A DNA stretch of 64,000 nucleotides from a bacterium. GTDB taxonomy: Bacteria > Patescibacteriota > Dojkabacteria > SC72. The position numbers and the translations under genes were made by a program. This document shows positions 30,128 through 40,471 of the stretch, in pieces. The notes under the pieces are model-generated. The model made no database searches, was not told the DNA's origin, and saw nothing but the letters and a program-made list of their open reading frames with translations. How positions within the stretch are numbered: the stretch's first letter is position 1; each line of letters opens with the position of its first letter. The DNA lies in the NCBI GenBank assembly GCA_022840695.1, contig JALHDC010000002.1:91374-155373 (forward strand), read 5' to 3'.

Positions 30128-33100
30128 TAATTAACAGTTACACTGTTACCTGTTATAGTATTTCCTCCTGATATAGCTGAAACAGATATTTCATACTGTC
30201 CACTAGTTACTCCATCACTTGTCCAAGATTGACTCCAACCATTGGAACCGTTGTTATCCGTTAAAGTTTTTGTGTATGCTCCTCCAGTTTTTTGAGTTAT
30301 TGTAAATGTAACCTGTTCGACACTTCCTCCTGAAACACTTGCTAATAATGTTACTGTGGGAGAGAAGGATATGGTCACTCCATTCGCAGGAGCTGCTATA
30401 GATAGACTAATAGAAGATACAGGATCTACTACTTTAACAGTTACACTTTTACTATCAACCTTGCCATAGTTATCCTTTGCAGAAACAATTATTGTATGAT
30501 TACCAATACTTGTTCCAGCAGGAACAAAGTAATTTACTACAAACTTTCCATCGGCCTTCAGAGAAGCTCCTGAGATATCAGATCCATCAAATTTAACCTT
30601 AAATTCTGTAATACTTTCTAAATATCTAACTTCCCCAGATATTTCTAGATTCTTTCCTCTTGTTACAGTGGCACCAGAAGATGGAGATGTTAATTCAACT
30701 ATTGGTGCATTATCTGGTCCTAAAGGAAGAGGACAAGCACCAGATGCCGGTTCAGCAAAAAGATATCTTGAACCCTCTCCAGAAAGTAGGTATGTTTCGT
30801 AGGCAACTCTTTGTAATTCATTTTCTAATTTAGTTGTCATTAACAATTTGCTCTGTACTAAACTATATTTAGCTGCGGCATCAAGATTGGTTGGAACTAA
30901 ACCATTTGCAGTACAAACTTGAATACTCTTTCTTTCATCACTCTGAGGAGGTCTTCCAGAAATATACAAAGATGCTTCTTTGGCACACTCTGTTGTTTCT
31001 GAAGCAGAACCACCTGAATCTGTACAAACAGAAGTTGTCATAATACCTGCAGGTCTATTGTATGTACCTGATGGATAGTTCTCAATCACCCTTCTGAAGA
31101 ATGAATTAGCTAATGGTAGCGGTACTGTGGATGACCATCCTCCAGGCATATCTTCATTGTTATTATTCCCAGTCCATACACCAACTGCTAGATTTTCATT
31201 GTAAAGAAATGCCAATAAGTCTCTAGGGCCATCTGTCGTTCCTGTTTTGCCACATAATTTAGATTTGCCAATATAGTAATATTGATTACCATATCTATCA
31301 TTAAATCCTGCCAAATCACATATCATCCAGTTTATCAAATACATTTCCTTCTCATCAAAAACTCTCTTCCCAGTGTTCTCCTCTGCTTCAAAAAGAACTT
31401 CCCCTTTAGAATCTTCTACCTTAAGTATTGCAACTATATCATTTCTAACACCGCTATTAGCTAATGTAGCATATGCATTGGTGAACTCTACCAATTTCAT
31501 CTCTCCAGAACCAAGTCCTAAACTTAGTCCATAGCTTGCCTTATTGGTCATTCCAGTCACACCAGTTTTCTCTATAACTTGAAGGAAATTATCTATACCA
31601 GCAAGTTGTAAAGTATAAACAGAAGGAACATTTCTAGACAATACTAAAGCTTTTCTAGCAGTCATAAGACCTTGATACTGCTTATCCCAGTTAGTTGGTT
31701 TATAGTTTCCAAATTGTATTTGTGGAATATCTGGTGTCAGAAGCCATGGACCATATCCTTGACCTATTGCAGTTAAATATACAAAAGGCTTAATTGACGA
31801 ACCCATCTGTCTTTCACTTACTGCGATATTTACATTACCATCGACTCTAGGATCCTCTACATTAAAATAATCAACAGAACCGACCATTGCTAACACCTGT
31901 CCATTCTTTGGATTTATTACAACCATTGCACCATTATTCACATTATATCTTCTTGCTGCTTCAACTCCTTTAACTATCTCCTCCTCAGCAATCTGCTGTA
32001 ATGACATGTCCAAAGTGGTAGTAACCTTTAGTCCACCTCTCTCAACACGATCTATTCCAAATTCTTCTTCTAACAACTGCTTTACATAGAAAACAAAATG
32101 AGGAGCATCAATATCTATCTCTTTGGTAGCATAGACCAATTCCTCTTCCCTTGCTTGTTCAATCTCTTCCTCTGTAATCCCAGTTAGTTTCTTGTTTTTA
32201 AGCATTTGATCAAGAACATACTCCTTTCTAACCTCAGCTAAGTCTGGATTTGTTCCATATAAAGGAGAATATACTCCTGGACTTTGTATTAAGCCTGCGA
32301 TTAATGCACTTTCCGCAAGTGTCAAATCATGAATATCTTTAGCAAAGTATGCATTCGCTGCTGCTTGGAAACCATAATTTACACCTCCTAGAGGAACCTC
32401 ATTCATATACATCTGTAAAATCTCATCCTTTGTAAAAGTTTGCTCTACCTGCATAGTAATTAAGATTTCCTTGATCTTTCTAGCATAGGTCTGAGCATAT
32501 GCTTCTTCTCCCAAGACATCATATAAAATAGTTGTCTTAACCAATTGCTGAGTAATGGTACTTGCACCTCTAACAATACCTCCTGCTGTTAAATTCTGAG
32601 TAAAAGCTTTAGCTATACCTAAATAATCAATACCCTTGTGTTGATAGAATTCAATATCCTCTGCTGCTAAAACTGACCATTTAATATATTCAGGAATATC
32701 TTCTATTGATACAAATTTTCTATTCTTATCACCATATACTGTATACAGCAATTCTCCCTCTCTATCCAAAATCTGAGTACTTTGCTCAGAACTTCTCTCA
32801 ACTAATTGGTCAGGGGAAGGTAGCGAATTCTGAAGATTTTTTAAATATATACCCAAGCCTATTAGTAGAATACAACCAAAGAAAAATCCAATACCTACTA
32901 CAACATACAGTATTTTCTTTGTCTTAAGCTTTATCTCTTTTTTATCTTTTTTCTTTGATTTCCCCTTACCTAATACAGGATTCTTTTTAACATTTCTAGA
33001 ATTATATTTCTTGAAATTCTTATACTTTGCCAAATTCATAGGAGAAAAAGCTTTTGAAAAAGGACCTTTTTTAAAAACACTTTTTGAGGATTTCCCCCTT

Positions 33101-33132
33101 CTGGAATCGGTTAAACCTACACTATATTTCAT
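30124..33132 (-). CDS. Class A bifunctional PBP (transglycosylase/transpeptidase) with C-terminal Ig-like domains
   Basis: AAEDIEFYQHKG, GASTITQQLVK, RKIKE, GSSIKPF, SRN, KTGTT; two beta-rich C-terminal repeats. Confidence 0.93.
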   Translation of the reverse strand: MKYSVGLTDSRRGKSSKSVFKKGPFSKAFSPMNLAKYKNFKKYNSRNVKKNPVLGKGKSKKKDKKEIKLKTKKILYVVVGIGFFFGCILLIGLGIYLKNLQNSLPSPDQLVERSSEQSTQILDREGELLYTVYGDKNRKFVSIEDIPEYIKWSVLAAEDIEFYQHKGIDYLGIAKAFTQNLTAGGIVRGASTITQQLVKTTILYDVLGEEAYAQTYARKIKEILITMQVEQTFTKDEILQMYMNEVPLGGVNYGFQAAANAYFAKDIHDLTLAESALIAGLIQSPGVYSPLYGTNPDLAEVRKEYVLDQMLKNKKLTGITEEEIEQAREEELVYATKEIDIDAPHFVFYVKQLLEEEFGIDRVERGGLKVTTTLDMSLQQIAEEEIVKGVEAARRYNVNNGAMVVINPKNGQVLAMVGSVDYFNVEDPRVDGNVNIAVSERQMGSSIKPFVYLTAIGQGYGPWLLTPDIPQIQFGNYKPTNWDKQYQGLMTARKALVLSRNVPSVYTLQLAGIDNFLQVIEKTGVTGMTNKASYGLSLGLGSGEMKLVEFTNAYATLANSGVRNDIVAILKVEDSKGEVLFEAEENTGKRVFDEKEMYLINWMICDLAGFNDRYGNQYYYIGKSKLCGKTGTTDGPRDLLAFLYNENLAVGVWTGNNNNEDMPGGWSSTVPLPLANSFFRRVIENYPSGTYNRPAGIMTTSVCTDSGGSASETTECAKEASLYISGRPPQSDERKSIQVCTANGLVPTNLDAAAKYSLVQSKLLMTTKLENELQRVAYETYLLSGEGSRYLFAEPASGACPLPLGPDNAPIVELTSPSSGATVTRGKNLEISGEVRYLESITEFKVKFDGSDISGASLKADGKFVVNYFVPAGTSIGNHTIIVSAKDNYGKVDSKSVTVKVVDPVSSISLSIAAPANGVTISFSPTVTLLASVSGGSVEQVTFTITQKTGGAYTKTLTDNNGSNGWSQSWTSDGVTSGQYEISVSAISGGNTITGNSVTVNY

Positions 33133-33241
33133 AACTTAAAATATATATTATTTGACTCTTTTATTCAACCTTTGAATACATACTCAAAGGTTAAAAGATC
33201 TGTCAAGATTTTGTAAGAGAAATTCATTACGATATCAATAT

Positions 33242-33925
33242 ATGCAAAATTTAGGAAACAGAAATGTAGTATTGTTATCAAAAAATATTGATGTAAGAGA
33301 GAAGATTAGATTGATTATGAGAAAATTCCCAGAGTTTAATCTTCAAATTCTTAAATCAAAGGAATGTTTACTATCCATAATAGATCCGAAGTTAATAATA
33401 ATAGATTTGGAAAACCTTAAGGATCTGCCAGAGATCTTAGAAACACTCAAAATATTAAGAAAAAGTTATTCCTTTTATTCTTTATTTTTAGTATATGACA
33501 TAGAAAAGATTGATATACTAGAAATATTTAAATATGGGATAGATGATATTATTGAGAATCCTATAAAGATATCTTTAATAGATGCACTTTTTCACAGATA
33601 TTTTAGAAATTTTAAAGATACTGTTGATACAGTATTACATTATAGAGGTATAGATCTGTATTTAGAAGATTCCTATGCTATTTTCAGAGAGTGTAAAATA
33701 CCATTGAATAGGGTAGAGGGCAGGATTCTTTCAATATTAATGGAATCACACAAACCAATTTCCATTGATGGTATAAGATCAAAAGTAAGTTATAGTTTAA
33801 ACAAAGAGATATCCAATCAAAATATACGAATAAATATATACAGGATTAGACAGAAATTTATTAAATGCACAGGACTTAATATCATAGGGAATGAATACGA
33901 AAGGGGATATTATATATCCGTATAG
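33242..33925 (+). CDS. Orphan OmpR-like response regulator (atypical receiver)
   Basis: LIIIDL, GIDDIIENP; winged helix IRINIYRIRQKF...GYY. Confidence 0.75.
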   Translation: MQNLGNRNVVLLSKNIDVREKIRLIMRKFPEFNLQILKSKECLLSIIDPKLIIIDLENLKDLPEILETLKILRKSYSFYSLFLVYDIEKIDILEIFKYGIDDIIENPIKISLIDALFHRYFRNFKDTVDTVLHYRGIDLYLEDSYAIFRECKIPLNRVEGRILSILMESHKPISIDGIRSKVSYSLNKEISNQNIRINIYRIRQKFIKCTGLNIIGNEYERGYYISV

Positions 33926-33926
33926 A

Positions 33927-36557
33927 CTATATCTTTTTCTTCCATTCCATTATCTTATTTAATGCCTCAATAGGGGTTATATTATCTATATCCATCTTTT
34001 GAATCTCTCTTTCTATCTCTGATTCTTTAGCGGAAAATAGCGGATATTGATATCCATTCAAGCCATTCTTTGAGATATCCTTTTTAGGAGATACTATATC
34101 TGCATCTCTAAGACTATTTTTTCCAGAGAACATATTTTTTTGTTCAAAACTTTCTAATATCTCATTGGCTCTTTTTATAATTTTCTCTGGTAATCCTGCC
34201 ATCTTTGCAACATATATACCGTAACTTCTATCTGTTCCTCCTTCAACGATTTTTCTTAAAAATATCACAGTACCTTCTTCCAGATCTTCTTCTACCAATA
34301 CATTGTAATTCTTTACTTTCTCTGGATATTTCTCAGAAAGTTTTAATAACTCATGATAGTGGGTAGCGAAGAGTGTTCTAGCTTTTGTATCTTTAATTAA
34401 ATGCTCAGAAAGGGCCCATGCGATACTTACTCCATCATATGTACTTGTACCTCTTCCTACCTCATCTAAAACTATTAAGCTGTATTTTGTAGCATTATTT
34501 ATAATATTTGCAGCTTCATCCATTTCAACCATAAAGGTACTTCTTCCTCTGCTAAGATCATCAGAGGCACCAACTCTTGTAAATATTCTATCTACTAGTG
34601 ATATTTCTGCACTTTTAGCAGGAACAAAACAGCCTATCTGTGCCATTAACACTATAGTCGCTACCTGTCTAATGTATGTAGATTTTCCTGACATATTTGG
34701 TCCTGTTAAAATAGCCATACTGGAATCAGTTAGATTTAGCAATGTATCATTTGATATGAACTCCTCCTCTGAAACTTGTTCTACAATAGGGTGTCTACCA
34801 CTTTCTATATTAATAATTCCATCCTTCTCTCCCATTTCATATATAGTTGGTTTTGTATAGTTAGAATGACCTGCAAGAAATGCAAATCCACTTAATACAT
34901 CTATGTTGGCTATTGTAAAAGATACTTTCTGCAACATCTCTAAATGAGGAAAAAAAGAATCTCTAAAATCAGAAAACAGGTTATATTCAATCAAACAAAC
35001 CTTATCTTGAGCATTTAGTATAATATTTTCTCTCTCCTTTAATTCCTCTGTTATATACCTTTCTGAATTAACCAATGTTTGTTTTCTTATGTATCTTTCT
35101 GGAACTTTTTCCTGATGAGTTTTTGTTACTTCGATATAGTAGCCAAAGACTCTATTAAAACTTACTTTTAGGGAGGATATTCCTGTTTCCTCTCTCTCTT
35201 TAGATTGAAATTCTCTTATCCAAGATTTACTATCACCTGAAAGAGATCTTAATTCATCAACTTCTTTGTTAAATCCTTCCTTTATTATTGTACCTTCTGT
35301 TATGGATAGGGGTGGATCTTCTACCAGTGTAGTATCTATTTTTTCTATCAAATTTTTTATTAATTTAGTATCAACATCAGTATATTTTATATTCAATTCC
35401 TTTTTGATTATTTCTGATATTTCAAGAAATCCTTCCAAAGATCTTTGTAATGCTTTCATATCCCTAGCATTAACTCTACCCAAACCTATCTTCCCAACTA
35501 TTCTTTCAATATCATCAATGTCCTCCAAAATGCTTCTTACCTGTTCCAATGTATTGGAATTTTTTGTGAATTTATCAACCATTTGTAATCTCTCTTCTAT
35601 TTCCTTTACTTCAATTAAAGGATTGAGCAACCAGGAGTAGAGAAGTCTTTTTCCCATTCTTGTATTACTTTTGTCTAAGACAGAGAGTAGGGAATTCGAG
35701 ATGTCTGAGGTATATGCATTTGTAATTAATTCTAGATTTCTAATAGTCGAGCTGTCTAACACCATCCTTTTATTCATCTTTACTCTGTGTGGTTTGAGTA
35801 TATGCACTGGATCCATTAACTGAGTATCCTCTATATACTTAATTATCATTGCTACAGAAATTAGATCTATAGATTCTTTTTCAATATCAAGGGAATTTGT
35901 ACTTTTTATTTTGTAGAACTTTTTAATGATTTCCTCAGAATACTGCCTATTCTTTAAACCCTTTTCTACAAATTGAACAGGTATTTTACCGATATTTAAA
36001 TTTTCCTCACCTTCTATTAGCAATATTTCAACAGGATCGTAGGAAGATAGAATATAGGGAATTGAATTCTTGTTTAATTGTTCATTAAGAAGCAAAAACT
36101 TACCTGTAGATACATCACATAGAGAGGCGGTTATTTCTTTTTTTTCAATGTATATTGCACAAAGATATGAATCTTTCAATATACTAGCTTGATCTCCATC
36201 TAAAGTTCCAGGTGTTACAACTCTAGTCACACCTCTTTTCACTATACCTTTAGATACTTTAGGATCTTCTAACTGATCAACAACCACTACACACTGTCCT
36301 GCTTGTACTAATTTGGGCAAATATTGATCTATTGCCTTGTGTGGAAATCCTGCTAATGGTACTCCATTTTTTTTCTTATCTCTTTTTGTAAGGGTAATGT
36401 TTAATATTTTGGAAGTGATCTTTGCATCTTCTCCAAAAGTTTCAAAAAAATCTCCCATTCTAAAGAGAACTATTTTATCTGGATACTGCTTCTTAAAACC
36501 CAGATACTGTTTCATCATAGGTGTATCATTCATTGGGAAAAGTATATCACGAATCAA
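33927..36557 (-). CDS. mutS: DNA mismatch repair protein MutS
   Basis: TPMMKQY, FRMGDFFETF, TGPNMSGKSTYIRQ, STFMVEM, DEVGRGTST, FATHYHEL. Confidence 0.98.
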   Translation of the reverse strand: MIRDILFPMNDTPMMKQYLGFKKQYPDKIVLFRMGDFFETFGEDAKITSKILNITLTKRDKKKNGVPLAGFPHKAIDQYLPKLVQAGQCVVVVDQLEDPKVSKGIVKRGVTRVVTPGTLDGDQASILKDSYLCAIYIEKKEITASLCDVSTGKFLLLNEQLNKNSIPYILSSYDPVEILLIEGEENLNIGKIPVQFVEKGLKNRQYSEEIIKKFYKIKSTNSLDIEKESIDLISVAMIIKYIEDTQLMDPVHILKPHRVKMNKRMVLDSSTIRNLELITNAYTSDISNSLLSVLDKSNTRMGKRLLYSWLLNPLIEVKEIEERLQMVDKFTKNSNTLEQVRSILEDIDDIERIVGKIGLGRVNARDMKALQRSLEGFLEISEIIKKELNIKYTDVDTKLIKNLIEKIDTTLVEDPPLSITEGTIIKEGFNKEVDELRSLSGDSKSWIREFQSKEREETGISSLKVSFNRVFGYYIEVTKTHQEKVPERYIRKQTLVNSERYITEELKERENIILNAQDKVCLIEYNLFSDFRDSFFPHLEMLQKVSFTIANIDVLSGFAFLAGHSNYTKPTIYEMGEKDGIINIESGRHPIVEQVSEEEFISNDTLLNLTDSSMAILTGPNMSGKSTYIRQVATIVLMAQIGCFVPAKSAEISLVDRIFTRVGASDDLSRGRSTFMVEMDEAANIINNATKYSLIVLDEVGRGTSTYDGVSIAWALSEHLIKDTKARTLFATHYHELLKLSEKYPEKVKNYNVLVEEDLEEGTVIFLRKIVEGGTDRSYGIYVAKMAGLPEKIIKRANEILESFEQKNMFSGKNSLRDADIVSPKKDISKNGLNGYQYPLFSAKESEIEREIQKMDIDNITPIEALNKIMEWKKKI

Positions 36558-36574
36558 TATTGTGATACTACAGG

Positions 36575-39124
36575 TTACTTGCTAAGAATTATCTTACTTT
36601 CTTCCTCAGCTACAACCTTTCTTGCTTCTGCAATATCTTCAGAAAGCACAGAGATACCATACACACCAACCTGTACACAGTATCTTATTAATGGCTTACT
36701 ATTCTCAGCAACTACAATTACACTATCTGTTTTTCCTTTAACTACATCTAATACATTATCCAAAACTTTGAATACACTGTTTCGAGCTAAATCATATTTA
36801 ACATCAGTATCATCAACTTTAAATCCTTGCATCTGTTTTGCAATTCTTGGCATATTTAAAATTAATCCATCTATTTTTGTTTCTGCTATTTCATCAGCCA
36901 ATATTATCTCTGCAGGATTATCAAGTATTGCATATATTTTAAAGGTGGAAGTTCTTCTCAATTTTTCTCCCATTAACTGTTTCTTAAATTCTTTCATGAC
37001 TTCTCCACTCATCGGAGAGTGTAGAGCAACTGAAACATTTCTTTTTTTATAAATATTCCTTACCCTCTTAATTATTTTAATAATTCTTTTTAGCATTTCT
37101 AGATTATTTACATAGTGTGTACCACCATATACTTCATCAGAAAGATCTGAAGATTCATATGTTTTACCTTTTGTGAGAGATCTAAAATCTTTTACTTTCC
37201 CTGACCCTATTGAGAGTATTACTTCATCACCATGTACCAAATCAACATATTCTAAAATCTTCTCAGATATTTTCTTTGAGAAATCAACAAACTCCTTTTC
37301 TTCAACATATGCCATGAGATGCTTCCCATCCTCTAAAAGAATTTTATCCAAATCTAAATACACTAAACCATTGGAATTACCAATATATTCAAAAAGATCT
37401 TTTGGCTTTTTATCCATCATACTAAACACTCTTGTAGCACAAGGGGGTAGGGTGGAATCTTTAGGAGGAAGTACCTTTTCCTCTTCCTTGCTATCTGACT
37501 TTTGAATTTCTTCTTCTTGAAGAAGATCAACTCCAACAACATCACCTTTGCTATATGCATCCACAACAGGATGAACTTCAGGAGCAGAGTCAATTTTTTC
37601 TGCAAAATATACTGTACCTGAATTACCATCTAATTTTATCCAATCCCCAGATTTTAAAACCTCAGAAGCTGTATTAGTACCAACAACAGCAGGAATACCT
37701 AATTCTCTACTAAGTATTGCTGTATCACTCGTTATTCCCCCTGTATCCATAATTACACCCCCACAAGAGATTATCATGGATTCCATTTCTGAGGAGTATT
37801 TCTTAATCAAAAGAATATCCTGTTTTGTAAACTTGGTATCTACCGGAGAATCAACAACTGTAATTTTACCTGTTACAACTCCAAAACTAGCACCTATACC
37901 GGAAACAACAAAATCATCCTGTTTTACATCTTTCTGCTCATTTTCTGATTCTTTCTTTGCAGAAAGAATTAATTTTTCTAAATTCACATTTTTCTGATTA
38001 CTATTCTTTTGCATTAATCTTTGAGCATCTGAGACAGCCTGTGTAACTATCATGCTCTCACCTTTATACTTTTCTACGAAAGCAATAACTAATTCTCGAA
38101 TACTTCTTCTTGTAATATCATTAACATCTACAATAACTCTTTCTTGAACCATTGGCTCATACAAAGATTTGTTTTGGAGTATCCAAAATCGTCCACCAGA
38201 AAGAACCCATTCCAGATTCTGTATCTGTCTAGATTTATTCTCTACAATCAAAGCAATTTTTGATATCTCTTCCATATCCTTATCCGAAAGCTTCTGTCTA
38301 TGACTCCAATTTGCAGATATCTTTATTTTTTCAACATTGCTCTTACCTCTAGGTGAAGATTTCAATGTACGAACCTTCATCCATTCTTGAGGTGCAATAT
38401 GCTTCTCTACTACAGTTAAATCTTTTTTGTTAAGAAGGTATGAGTCAGGTGTAATCTCTCCAAGAGAAATTACATCTCCCAATCCAAAAACTGCTTCAAT
38501 ACTCAATTTACTACTATCCTGTGTTATTGGATCTGTGGTAAATACAACTCCCGATACTTCTGATTGAACCATTTTCTGTACAACAACAGCCAACTTTACA
38601 TCAGACAAATCTATGCCCATTTTGGAAGAGTATGCGACCACATCATCGGAAAACATTGATGCATATACTCTCTTTATTGCATTTTTCAAATCCTCATACT
38701 TTCTTACATTAAGCTCTGTAGAAAATATCCCACTGAAAGAAACCTGTTCATTTTCTGGAAATACAACAGATGATCTCACAGATACCCATGCATCTGTAAA
38801 GCCTGAGAGTCTAGTATAGGCACTTAAGATTTCTTCTTGTACCTCTTTACTAAATTCGCTTTTTAACAATACATTTTCAATCTCTTCTTTTTCTGGATTT
38901 CTACCTTTAGAAAGAAGTTTCTTTTGAGCTGATTCTAGAGAGGTATAGCATAGATCCACAAAGACATTACTTGATATAACAAAGAATTCAGGAACAGGTA
39001 CATCCATGTCTTTTAATTGAAAAAGACTTAATCCCTTCCTTCCAATTCTACTTTCATTTAAATCTTTTGCTGAATAGTCTTCAAAAAAGAAAACATTACT
39101 CTTTTTTGTAGGCATATTTTCCAT
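36575..39124 (-). CDS. PEP synthase/pyruvate dikinase-like protein with degenerate catalytic residues
   Basis: VPVPEFFV, VSVRSS, VVVQKMVQSEVSGVVFT, RELGIPAVVG. The phospho-His position reads TSD. Start is uncertain (39115-39154). Confidence 0.8.
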   Translation of the reverse strand: MENMPTKKSNVFFFEDYSAKDLNESRIGRKGLSLFQLKDMDVPVPEFFVISSNVFVDLCYTSLESAQKKLLSKGRNPEKEEIENVLLKSEFSKEVQEEILSAYTRLSGFTDAWVSVRSSVVFPENEQVSFSGIFSTELNVRKYEDLKNAIKRVYASMFSDDVVAYSSKMGIDLSDVKLAVVVQKMVQSEVSGVVFTTDPITQDSSKLSIEAVFGLGDVISLGEITPDSYLLNKKDLTVVEKHIAPQEWMKVRTLKSSPRGKSNVEKIKISANWSHRQKLSDKDMEEISKIALIVENKSRQIQNLEWVLSGGRFWILQNKSLYEPMVQERVIVDVNDITRRSIRELVIAFVEKYKGESMIVTQAVSDAQRLMQKNSNQKNVNLEKLILSAKKESENEQKDVKQDDFVVSGIGASFGVVTGKITVVDSPVDTKFTKQDILLIKKYSSEMESMIISCGGVIMDTGGITSDTAILSRELGIPAVVGTNTASEVLKSGDWIKLDGNSGTVYFAEKIDSAPEVHPVVDAYSKGDVVGVDLLQEEEIQKSDSKEEEKVLPPKDSTLPPCATRVFSMMDKKPKDLFEYIGNSNGLVYLDLDKILLEDGKHLMAYVEEKEFVDFSKKISEKILEYVDLVHGDEVILSIGSGKVKDFRSLTKGKTYESSDLSDEVYGGTHYVNNLEMLKRIIKIIKRVRNIYKKRNVSVALHSPMSGEVMKEFKKQLMGEKLRRTSTFKIYAILDNPAEIILADEIAETKIDGLILNMPRIAKQMQGFKVDDTDVKYDLARNSVFKVLDNVLDVVKGKTDSVIVVAENSKPLIRYCVQVGVYGISVLSEDIAEARKVVAEEESKIILSK

Positions 39125-39160
39125 CTTTAACTGGGCAGTAAAAATTAAGATCAATATATA

Positions 39161-40333
39161 TTAAACAATACCTTTCGCCTCTAATTTTTGCAAGTCAATA
39201 TAGAATTCGTAGAGAATCTGGATAATAACCATGACAGGAACTGCTATAAATCCTCCAACAACTCCAAATAGTGTCAAAAATATTATTACTCCTAGCATTA
39301 CCATTATTGGTTTTAATCCAACAGCATTTCCCATAACCTTAGGTATTATGATGCTATTTTCAATCATTTGGTAAATCACAAATGATCCTAGTAAAATTAC
39401 TGCCTTTATTGGGCCAACTGTAATTAATGCTACTAAAGACATCAAAACACCTGCTAAAGAGGAACCCAAGTTTGGAATTATCCCTAAGAATGCTGTAAAC
39501 ATCGATAAAGGTAATGCAAATGGAACACCTAGAATAGTGAGTAGGATAGCAGAAAATACTGCTACTAAGGAACTCACCAAAGCCTGTCCCAAAACCCATC
39601 CTCCCAACTTTCTTTCTACATCCATAACTAATCTCCTAACTCTTTCCCTCTTCTCGTCGGATACAATTCTAATCAATAATATATCGAAGAATGAATCATG
39701 TTCTGAAACAAGATATATTGAAAAAACAATAGAAGTAACTAGAAATGCACCAGTACTAAAGAATCCAGAAAGGAATCCAGCAACATTCTTTACATTACTC
39801 ACAGTTGGAAAAGACTTAATGATATCAGTAGCATACTGATTGATCATATCTGTTTCTAAAGAGTATCCTGCGATAGAGATACTTTCTATAAATTTCAAAC
39901 CATCATCTATCCAATTAGGAACCTCTTTTACCAAACTGGTTAATTGGTTAAAGAAAGGAACCAGTATTAATACAAACACTACTTGAATGAGAATGAAAAG
40001 GATTACATAGGAGATTGCAATAGACCAACCCTTAGAAATACCACGACCCATTAACCATGCAACAACAGGTCGGATAGATGACATAACTGCAAATCCAAAG
40101 AAAAGGAAAAGTGATATTGCAAATAACTGATTAGCATAGAATACGAAAGAAAGTACAAGAAGAAGAAAAGCAATTAATCTAGGAGAAAAATCAATCATTA
40201 CAGTATCACCTCTTACAAAATCCTTTGATCTCATATAACTACCGTGTGTATCAGAAGATGTATTTGATCTTCTTGCAGTATAACTATCTTCTATTCTTGA
40301 ATTATTATCACTTACAGAAAAACTTTTTGCCAT
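39161..40333 (-). CDS. AI-2E family transporter
   Basis: Multi-TM; LGGWVLGQ, IPNLG, QMIENSIIIPKVMGNAVGLKP. Confidence 0.9.
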   Translation of the reverse strand: MAKSFSVSDNNSRIEDSYTARRSNTSSDTHGSYMRSKDFVRGDTVMIDFSPRLIAFLLLVLSFVFYANQLFAISLFLFFGFAVMSSIRPVVAWLMGRGISKGWSIAISYVILFILIQVVFVLILVPFFNQLTSLVKEVPNWIDDGLKFIESISIAGYSLETDMINQYATDIIKSFPTVSNVKNVAGFLSGFFSTGAFLVTSIVFSIYLVSEHDSFFDILLIRIVSDEKRERVRRLVMDVERKLGGWVLGQALVSSLVAVFSAILLTILGVPFALPLSMFTAFLGIIPNLGSSLAGVLMSLVALITVGPIKAVILLGSFVIYQMIENSIIIPKVMGNAVGLKPIMVMLGVIIFLTLFGVVGGFIAVPVMVIIQILYEFYIDLQKLEAKGIV

Positions 40334-40400
40334 AATCAAATCTGTATAAAATTATGTCTAATTATATCAATTTCGAAATTACTTTAATATACATATTAAC

Positions 40401-40430
40401 AAAAAAGGGAGAGTTAATTAACTCTCCCTT
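40401..40430 (-). terminator. Intrinsic terminator
   Basis: AAGGGAGAGTTAATTAACTCTCCCTT perfect inverted repeat with a T6 tail on the minus strand. Confidence 0.85.
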
Positions 40431-40471
40431 CCATTACCTTTAGACAAACTATCTCTTTCCTTTGTACTTTA

